Shown piece by piece: positions 8,412 through 13,502 of a stretch of DNA of 35,941 bases; the first letter of the stretch is position 1, and each line of letters opens with the position of its first letter. The notes beneath the pieces are model-generated. The model saw only the letters and a program-made list of their open reading frames with translations, searched no databases and was not told the origin of the DNA. Source of the stretch: a virus; IMG/VR virus record IMGVR_UViG_3300029946_000007, one strand, 5' to 3'. Position numbers and translations under genes: made by a program.

Positions 8412-8440
8412 ATTATACCACCACCGTGGCGGTATGTCAA
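8412..8440 (-). promoter_or_regulatory. Consensus sigma-A promoter (TTGACA-17-TATAAT) with a 17-bp near-palindromic operator filling the spacer
   Basis: On the minus strand: TTGACA (8440-8435), 17-nt spacer, TATAAT (8417-8412). The span 8417-8433 (accaccaccgtggcggt), which shares one base with the -10 hexamer, is palindromic in 7 of 8 arm positions. Confidence 0.7.
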
Positions 8441-8477
8441 CTAAAATAACGGGGTATTTCAAAAAAAATTAAAAATT

Positions 8478-8498
8478 TTTTAGCCACATTTTAGCCAC
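8478..8498 (+). repeat. Arm-type repeat block 1: tandem TTTTAGCCAC(A) 11-mers
   Basis: ttttagccacattttagccac. The same 21-mer recurs at 8719-8739. Confidence 0.8.
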
Positions 8499-8598
8499 AA
8501 AATTTTGAAAGCATATTTTTGCAAACACAAAGATAACGGCAAAAAAGACGGTAAAAAAAGGGTAAAAAAAGAGAAACACGGGAAAATGCGGCATTATA

Positions 8599-8621
8599 TT
8601 CGACCCCTGTTACCCGCACCA
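8599..8621 (+). other. Candidate attP core: 23-nt mimic of a tRNA 3' end (T-loop through CCA)
   Basis: TTCGACC CCTGT TACCCGC A CCA. The distance from the TTCGA T-loop to the CCA is exactly right (7+5+7+1+3 nt). There is no matching 5' half upstream, so this is a fragment and not a gene. Confidence 0.6.
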
Positions 8622-8628
8622 AAAAAAC

Positions 8629-8657
8629 GGACTATCGTGTTTAGATAGTCCTTTTTT
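8629..8657 (+). terminator. Intrinsic terminator directly after the tRNA-like fragment
   Basis: GGACTATC/GATAGTCC 8-bp stem, 7-nt loop, T6 run. Confidence 0.7.
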
Positions 8658-8718
8658 CTTAGGTTTTATCTATGATTTTGCGTTTTGTATTTTTATTTTT
8701 TAAAACCGCAAAAATAGA

Positions 8719-8739
8719 TTTTAGCCACATTTTAGCCAC
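8719..8739 (+). repeat. Arm-type repeat block 2 (identical 21-mer), just upstream of the integrase stop
   Basis: ttttagccacattttagccac, 241 bp from block 1. The two blocks flank the tRNA-like core. Confidence 0.8.
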
Positions 8740-8744
8740 GTTTT

Positions 8745-9977
8745 TTAAAATTTAAAGGTTTTTAAGAATTCTTGCTCGCGTTCTTTATATATATCGCCAT
8801 AAGTATCAAGAGTGTATTTTACCGAATGCCCGAGGCGGTGAGCAACGATATAAGCGTCCTCGGCTTTGCTTGCTCCGGACGAAAAGATAATCGTTGCATG
8901 TGTGTGCCGGAATTGGTGAGGAGTTATTTTTTTTACCCCCGCAAGATTGATATATTTAGCCATGTCGCGGCGCAACGTTTCGAACGGTATCGGTCGCGTT
9001 TTAAAAAACATAAAATCGTTCGACTTTAAATTAAACGTTTCGATATACTCCTTTAAAAGCGGCTCGAGGGCTTCGGGGATTGATTCGGTTAATGCCGAAT
9101 GTGTTTTCCGATCGGTAACGGCATAGGTCTTTCCTTTGCCTCGTTCTTCGGGCGTTACCTTATTTGTAACGCTTTCGTCGATAAGCACGGTATGGTTTTC
9201 AAAGTCGATTTTCTTTACCTTTAAAGCCGTCGCCTCGCCTTTTCTGTTTGCCATATAGAAAAGATAGTTGAAGAAGACGTAATATATATAATGCTTGCGA
9301 ACGGCGAAATTCTCGCGCCAATCTCCGACGGCGGCGGATTTTGCCGATTCGTAACACTCTTTCACGGTGGCGTTAAATTTCTGCCAATCTTCAATCGTCC
9401 ACGCTTCCTTTTTTACAGTTGAGCGCGGAAATTTTTTTATCCGTTGATAGTCTTTGTAAGGTTGGTCAAAGTTATGTTCAAGTGAGCCGTATTTTAAGAC
9501 ACGACCTAAATTCGCCCACGTTTTAAACGTGGTTGACATTGCAAAATTTTGAGCAGATAGATAATCGCGAAACTTTAGTAAGTCGTTTTTTGATAATTCC
9601 GTCATTCTGATTTTGCGCAAACTTTGAAAACGGTTGTTAAAAATATTGACCGCCTCAAGATATGAAGACGTTTTGCATTCCGATTTGATTTGACGAAGTA
9701 AATCGTCGCATACTTCGCCGAATGTAATTCCGATAGGATTCTCTCGCCGCTTTATGCCGCTCTCGTATTCGAGATAGGCGCGTTCGGCTTCCTTTTTAGA
9801 GTTATAAGCTCCGAGCTTTTTTTGCTTGTATTCACTGTATTCAAGAGCGCGAAAGCGAACGTACCACTTGTTAACGTTTTTAAGCTCTGTGCGGCATTTA
9901 GGGCATAATACGCGCTTTTCGGTTAAGTATTTTGCGCATTTCGGGCAATATCTTTCGTAGTGTAAATAACTTGCCAA
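8745..9977 (-). CDS. int: Tyrosine recombinase / phage integrase (410 aa) with an N-terminal Cys4 zinc-ribbon-like motif
   Basis: C-terminal HQFRHTHAT...VAHRLGHSVKYTLDTYGDIY (R, HxxR, Y catalytic pattern). N-terminal CPKC...CPKC. TTG start 9 nt after a GGAGA SD. Confidence 0.9.
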   Translation of the reverse strand: MASYLHYERYCPKCAKYLTEKRVLCPKCRTELKNVNKWYVRFRALEYSEYKQKKLGAYNSKKEAERAYLEYESGIKRRENPIGITFGEVCDDLLRQIKSECKTSSYLEAVNIFNNRFQSLRKIRMTELSKNDLLKFRDYLSAQNFAMSTTFKTWANLGRVLKYGSLEHNFDQPYKDYQRIKKFPRSTVKKEAWTIEDWQKFNATVKECYESAKSAAVGDWRENFAVRKHYIYYVFFNYLFYMANRKGEATALKVKKIDFENHTVLIDESVTNKVTPEERGKGKTYAVTDRKTHSALTESIPEALEPLLKEYIETFNLKSNDFMFFKTRPIPFETLRRDMAKYINLAGVKKITPHQFRHTHATIIFSSGASKAEDAYIVAHRLGHSVKYTLDTYGDIYKEREQEFLKTFKF

Positions 9978-9983
9978 CGTCTT

Positions 9984-10373
9984 TCATCTCCTTATAAAGC
10001 CTATGTTCGGATTACATAAATCCCAAATCAGAAAAAAAAGTAATACGGCTATCATCGCAACGATAGTAATAAATTGCGCTTTGATGAGCCTGTTTTTATC
10101 TCTTAAACTCCGTTCGTAAACGGCGCAAAGTTGTTCTATGGACTTCGGTGAGATATAATTGCCGTCATTCGAATCGGACGGATCGCCTTTAATATCGTCC
10201 GCTGTTCCGCCCATTGCTTCAACAATCGCGATTACGGTCGTTACGCCCGGGTCGGGCGTTCTTCCCGAAAAAATTCTTTTCACCGTAGAAATCGGCACGC
10301 CGCTTTTATCGGCTATATCTTGATAAGTCATTTTTGTTTCGTCTTTTAAGGCTTGCATTTTGGTTAAAATCAT
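9984..10373 (-). CDS. Membrane-anchored XRE-family HTH regulator (129 aa)
   Basis: N-terminal MTYQDIADKSGVPISTVKRIFSG is an HTH. C-terminal TM segment FITIVAMIAVLLFFLIWDL. Its stop lies 6 nt before the integrase start. Confidence 0.7.
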   Translation of the reverse strand: MILTKMQALKDETKMTYQDIADKSGVPISTVKRIFSGRTPDPGVTTVIAIVEAMGGTADDIKGDPSDSNDGNYISPKSIEQLCAVYERSLRDKNRLIKAQFITIVAMIAVLLFFLIWDLCNPNIGFIRR

Positions 10374-10599
10374 TGTCTTTCGCTCCCTTTAAATTATAAA
10401 TTTGAAATTTATTTGCAAATTTGAGCCTTTCGCTCAAAAATGAAACCGTCTTAAAGTTTAAAATCGAGTATAAAAGTTGTAAAATTGGATATTGATTTTC
10501 CCGCAAAACGGGTTTATCATATAACCGAACAAAAGGAAATCTTTCATTTAACACAGATTATAAACCTTTTATTTATAAAAGTCAAGGGAGAATGAGAAA

Positions 10600-10746
10600 A
10601 TGCGACAATTCGACGAAAAAACCCGAAATTCGACAAAAGCCTTTATCGATATGTTAAACGAAGAGCTTGGCAAATTGCCAAAAGATGATTCCGATAAAAT
10701 TCTTATCATTATCCGCGACGCTTTTTATTTGGGCAGGGAAAAGTAA
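10600..10746 (+). CDS. Small protein (48 aa) divergent from the XRE-TM gene
   Basis: GGGAG SD 8-9 nt before the ATG at 10600. Hand translation MRQFDEKTRNSTKAFIDMLNEELGKLPKDDSDKILIIIRDAFYLGREK. Followed by a terminator. Below the ORF-track size cut-off. Confidence 0.5.
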   Translation: MRQFDEKTRNSTKAFIDMLNEELGKLPKDDSDKILIIIRDAFYLGREK

Positions 10747-10769
10747 AACGGTAATCGATAAGTATTTTT

Positions 10770-10798
10770 AAGCCGAGGCGTTTAACCTCGGCTTTTTT
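10770..10798 (+). terminator. Intrinsic terminator
   Basis: AAGCCGAGG/CCTCGGCTT stem followed by a T6 run. Confidence 0.75.
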
Positions 10799-10799
10799 G

Positions 10800-11192
10800 T
10801 TACGCTTTTAATATTGTTCTGAGCGATTCTTGAAGAACGGCGGAAAAGTTTATTTTTCTCTCTTCCGCTTCTTTATTCATCCAATAAGGAATAGTGCAGT
10901 TTTTGCGAACCATTTTAGAGTTTTCCTTATCTCTATACGCGTCAAAGTCCACATCGACAAGAGCAGTCAATTCATCGCCTTTACATTCAAGTTTAAGATT
11001 TTTTGCTTTTGGTATTTTTTGTCCGTCGTCTTGCATAGAAATACCGACAAGCCCGATTGCGTCTTTTGCCATAAAAAGCGCGTCTTCAATGCTTTTCCCC
11101 TCGGTATTTATATCAAAATCGGGGACATATACAACATAGTATTTGCTTTTCCCTTTCGGTGGATAAATAATAATAGGATAAACGTCTTTCAT
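10800..11192 (-). CDS. hicB: HicB-family antitoxin (130 aa)
   Basis: AAAGGAGA SD. It immediately follows hicA. N-terminal HicB-like fold pattern and a C-terminal RHH-like tail (KINFSAVLQESL). Confidence 0.7.
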   Translation of the reverse strand: MKDVYPIIIYPPKGKSKYYVVYVPDFDINTEGKSIEDALFMAKDAIGLVGISMQDDGQKIPKAKNLKLECKGDELTALVDVDFDAYRDKENSKMVRKNCTIPYWMNKEAEERKINFSAVLQESLRTILKA

Positions 11193-11195
11193 ATT

Positions 11196-11375
11196 TTAAT
11201 CTCCTTTTAAATTATTTCTTTTTATAATCGCTTTTGCAAGCATTTCGTCAATCTCGCCGTGACGTGGAATCGGTTCTTTTTTGCCGCCTTTTTTATAAAT
11301 GGAATGATTCCCGCCTTCGCGGTAAAGTTCCCAACCGTTTTTCTCAAATAGTTTTATTAAATCACGTCTTTTCAT
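11196..11375 (-). CDS. hicA: HicA-family mRNA interferase toxin (59 aa)
   Basis: MKRRDLIKLFEKNGWELYREGGNHSIYKKGGKKEPIPRHGEIDEMLAKAIIK is a typical HicA/YcfA pattern. AGAGG SD. The longer track ORF (to 11450) would begin upstream of the promoter. Confidence 0.8.
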   Translation of the reverse strand: MKRRDLIKLFEKNGWELYREGGNHSIYKKGGKKEPIPRHGEIDEMLAKAIIKRNNLKGD

Positions 11376-11397
11376 CTGCAACCTCTTTACACTATAT

Positions 11398-11426
11398 ATT
11401 ATACGCATTAGTGCGTATTTTGTCAA
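11398..11426 (-). promoter_or_regulatory. Consensus promoter of hicAB (TTGACA-17-TATAAT) with an 18-bp palindromic operator
   Basis: On the minus strand: TTGACA (11426-11421) and TATAAT (11403-11398). The palindrome ATACGCA-N4-TGCGTAT at 11401-11418 overlaps the spacer. Confidence 0.75.
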
Positions 11427-11451
11427 GTATTTTGCGGCAATATTTTGCATT

Positions 11452-11778
11452 TTATTTTTTCTTTCTGTCTTTCAGTTCGCTTACAAGCGTTTTAAGCGTT
11501 GAGCGGATAAGCTGTAAATCTTCTTCGGAAAGCGAGCCGATTGCTTCCATATCGAAGCCGAGAGCCTGTAAACGCTCTTCGGTAATCTCGTTATTTTGCG
11601 GCTCGGAAGATATACCGAGAGCCTTTTCTATGGCTTGCACGGTATCTATGCGGGGGTGTGGAGTAATTTCTAAAAGGACTTTTTCAATTGTGCTTTTAGG
11701 AATCCCTGACAATTCGGAGAGTTTTTCAAACGAAATTTTCTTTTCTTTTCTTAAATTGTTTAATTCTTTGCCTGTCAT
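11452..11778 (-). CDS. XRE-family repressor (108 aa from the ATG at 11778)
   Basis: AAGGTGA SD 5 nt before the ATG at 11778; the track GTG at 11787 lies inside the SD. HTH segment ISFEKLSELSGIPKSTIEKV. Divergent from an operator-rich promoter region. Confidence 0.75.
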   Translation of the reverse strand: MTGKELNNLRKEKKISFEKLSELSGIPKSTIEKVLLEITPHPRIDTVQAIEKALGISSEPQNNEITEERLQALGFDMEAIGSLSEEDLQLIRSTLKTLVSELKDRKKK

Positions 11779-11809
11779 TTTTATCACCTTTTTTTATTTT
11801 TCTAATTCT

Positions 11810-11837
11810 ATTATAAAAAAAACTCCAAAAAAGGCAA
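11810..11837 (-). promoter_or_regulatory. Probable promoter of the XRE repressor gene (TTGCCT-16-TATAAT)
   Basis: On the minus strand: -10 TATAAT (11815-11810) and -35 TTGCCT (11837-11832). An AACTCCA half-site lies in the spacer. Confidence 0.5.
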
Positions 11838-11912
11838 CATTTTGCCGTGAAATACTTGACAAACTTAAAAAATGGAGTTATAATCATATCGTAAAGCTCC
11901 AAAAATGGAGTT
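11821..11912. promoter_or_regulatory. Operator set: four (A)ACTCCA / TGGAGT(T) half-sites plus a GGCAA-N4-TTGCC palindrome
   Basis: CTCCA at 11823-11827 and 11897-11901. TGGAG at 11873-11877 (inside the P(+) spacer) and 11906-11910. GGCAAcattTTGCC at 11833-11846. Confidence 0.6.
11856..11884 (+). promoter_or_regulatory. Perfect consensus early promoter (TTGACA-17-TATAAT), PR-like
   Basis: TTGACA at 11856-11861, 17-nt spacer, TATAAT at 11879-11884. Confidence 0.8.
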
Positions 11913-11926
11913 TACAAACGTGAGGT

Positions 11927-12020
11927 GTAAAATAAAACGCCGATTTAATTTCCAAAATCAGCCGACGATTTATCGAAAAAATAAAACGCCGACTTGATTT
12001 CCTTAAAGGTGGTCGACGTT
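11927..12020 (-). terminator. Tandem (duplicated) intrinsic terminators for minus-strand transcription
   Basis: T1: 9-bp stem 12020-12012 / 11993-11985, then UUUUAUUUUUU. T2: 8-bp stem 11962-11955 / 11946-11939, then UUUUAUUUU. Each stem has one G-U pair on the minus strand that becomes a C/A mismatch on the plus strand. Confidence 0.7.
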
Positions 12021-12266
12021 CTATTCCTGAATTTGTTTACCTTAGCGATTTGCAGTTTGCGAAAAGCCCGTTTACGGCAATAGTTTAAACCTGGCACACA
12101 CAGGCGTAAACGCGCCATTCATCGTCGCCTCGTCGGCGGTGTTTTTAAGGAGTTTTCATCTCCTACGGTAGAAATTAATCGCAAACACGGCGGAAATTAT
12201 TTCCTTTGCATAAAGCAGAGAAAAATACCTTTACCGCTTCTATGTATTGTTGCGCAACTTTCGCGG

Positions 12267-12353
12267 TTACAGTTCCGCGAACCCCGATGACGCAAGCGCA
12301 CGTCGCCCTAAGGAACAGCGGGGTAACAGGAGAAGTTTCTTAATGAGCTTCAT
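12267..12353 (-). CDS. 28-codon micro-ORF near the 5' end of the candidate RNA (MKLIKKLLLLPRCSLGRRALASSGFAEL)
   Basis: GAGGTGA SD (12365-12359) 5 nt before the ATG at 12353. In frame with the 69-aa track ORF, whose upstream part lies before the predicted transcription start. Confidence 0.3.
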   Translation of the reverse strand: MKLIKKLLLLPRCSLGRRALASSGFAEL

Positions 12354-12423
12354 AGTAATCACCTCACTTCGGAGTGTATTTCGGGGAGTCTTTCCAAAAG
12401 GGAAGAACTTCCCCGAGAAGTAT

Positions 12424-12452
12424 ATTATACGGCAAATTATTGCCGTTGTCAA
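12424..12452 (-). promoter_or_regulatory. Perfect consensus promoter on the minus strand (TTGACA-17-TATAAT) with CGGCAA-N4-TTGCCG in the spacer
   Basis: On the minus strand: TTGACA (12452-12447), 17-nt spacer, TATAAT (12429-12424). The palindrome at 12430-12445 fills the spacer. Confidence 0.75.
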
Positions 12453-12556
12453 ATAAATTAGCTTACCCATTTTCATTCCCCCTTATCATTACCAGGAGCG
12501 GACTTCTTGCGAGGGGTTCGCTCTCGGGGTGGGGAAATAAAACAAGGAGATATTCA

Positions 12557-12808
12557 ATGAATACAGCGGAAAGGATAAAAGAACTTGCAAACAAGCTTAG
12601 CGAAGAAGCGGATTATTACGGCGCGTATATCGACGAACTCAGAAAGGCGGCGGAAAAGCCCGAAGACGAGTTTATTAAGGAATGCGAAATCATTGATTTG
12701 AAATATCCGAGCATCGATAAAAAAGTGGCTCAAGCCGTCCTTGTCTTTCTTTTAAAAACATGCGAAGAAATGGACGAAGCCGAATCCGCTTCAAAATCTT
12801 TAAACTGA
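12557..12808 (+). CDS. Hypothetical early protein (83 aa)
   Basis: AAGGAGA SD 6 nt before the ATG at 12557. The track start at 12374 lies inside the structured leader and has no SD. Confidence 0.55.
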   Translation: MNTAERIKELANKLSEEADYYGAYIDELRKAAEKPEDEFIKECEIIDLKYPSIDKKVAQAVLVFLLKTCEEMDEAESASKSLN

Positions 12809-12852
12809 CCGCACTTGTTGCAAAAAACGCAACAACCACAAATAACGAGTAT

Positions 12853-13074
12853 ATGGCAAGACCTTATAAATTAACTAAATATAAAAATCTTCAAAAGCTC
12901 TTAATGGAAAGGAATCTGAGGTATTGGCAGGTTGCCGCAAAGGTGTTTATGCCCGAACGAACTTTCAGATATAAAATGTCGGATAAATCACCGGGGTTTT
13001 ACTCGGCGGAGATGTTCCGCATTCAACGCAACGTTTTCCCCGACAAGACGATTGAAGAGATTTTCGGCGAATAA
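12853..13074 (+). CDS. Small Cro/DUF739-like HTH protein (73 aa)
   Basis: ATG at 12853 (weak SD). The sequence LMERNLRYWQVAAKVFMPERTFRYKMSDKSPGFYSAEMFRIQ fits a phage Cro-like HTH pattern (from memory). Confidence 0.4.
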   Translation: MARPYKLTKYKNLQKLLMERNLRYWQVAAKVFMPERTFRYKMSDKSPGFYSAEMFRIQRNVFPDKTIEEIFGE

Positions 13075-13085
13075 GGAGAGGAACG

Positions 13086-13502
13086 ATGATAAAAGTGACT
13101 GAAAAGGATATACAGGACTTTGTAGCGTATGGCGAAGAGCGCGGAAAGGAAAAGACCGTGCAGACGGTTTTTAAAATACTTTCCCCGCTTTTAACGAAAG
13201 AACAGGTTAATGACCTTGCTCAATTTATGGTGAACGCTTTTTGTTGCAAGCACCTTGATAAAGCTTTATACGGCGATATGACGGTTGAAATGGCGAATTT
13301 TATCGCTAACGCGGGCAACGATTATACTTCGAAAGCTTGCTTATTAACCGAGCTTTTAAAGCTTAACGAATCATATGGAAATCGTATCAATTTTCAAGTA
13401 AGAAAAATAGACAAAACACCTGCAAACGTTGTTAAATTCCTTAAAAGAAACGAAATAAAATCGACGATACAAGAGCTAAAACAGAAATTGAAATCGTTAT
13501 AA
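13086..13502 (+). CDS. Hypothetical early protein (138 aa)
   Basis: AAGGAGAGG SD. Confidence 0.5.
   Translation: MIKVTEKDIQDFVAYGEERGKEKTVQTVFKILSPLLTKEQVNDLAQFMVNAFCCKHLDKALYGDMTVEMANFIANAGNDYTSKACLLTELLKLNESYGNRINFQVRKIDKTPANVVKFLKRNEIKSTIQELKQKLKSL

Larger units (their letters stand above)
11927..12417 (-). ncRNA. Candidate structured RNA of about 400-490 nt (class unknown), antisense to the early leader
   Basis: Bounded by a perfect consensus promoter (12452-12424) and the tandem terminators. Contains many GC-rich stem-loops and only a 28-codon ORF. Confidence 0.5.
11891..12556 (+). other. About 665-nt untranslated leader of the early rightward transcript
   Basis: No SD-preceded ORF lies between the promoter and the ATG at 12557. 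GC-rich hairpins occur throughout. Confidence 0.55.

Noticed and set aside
11234-11923. A 229-aa plus-strand ORF spanning the hicA and XRE repressor region.
   Set aside because: It is antisense to two well-supported genes and runs across their promoters. It has no SD, and the protein is low-complexity (Ser/Phe/Leu-rich).
11928-12002. A possible mini-CRISPR array or iteron set, suggested by the two 25-nt direct repeats AAAATAAAACGCCGA-TT-ATTTCC.
   Set aside because: There are only two copies. Each forms the 3' arm and U-tail of a terminator hairpin on the minus strand. There are no cas genes and no further repeats.
12247-12476. 69-aa ORFs on both strands (12247-12456 plus strand, 12267-12476 minus strand) in the structured locus.
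   Set aside because: The plus-strand ORF has no SD and an implausible sequence. The minus-strand ORF starts upstream of, and runs through, the consensus promoter at 12452-12424. Only its last 28 codons, downstream of a strong SD, are kept as a low-confidence micro-ORF.
11890-12560. Retron msr/msd, group I or group II intron, or an IscB/TnpB guide RNA as the identity of the structured locus.
   Set aside because: No reverse transcriptase, intron-encoded protein, flanking exons or TnpB/IscB gene exists anywhere in this closed genome. No group II 5' GUGYG or domain V-like signature was seen.
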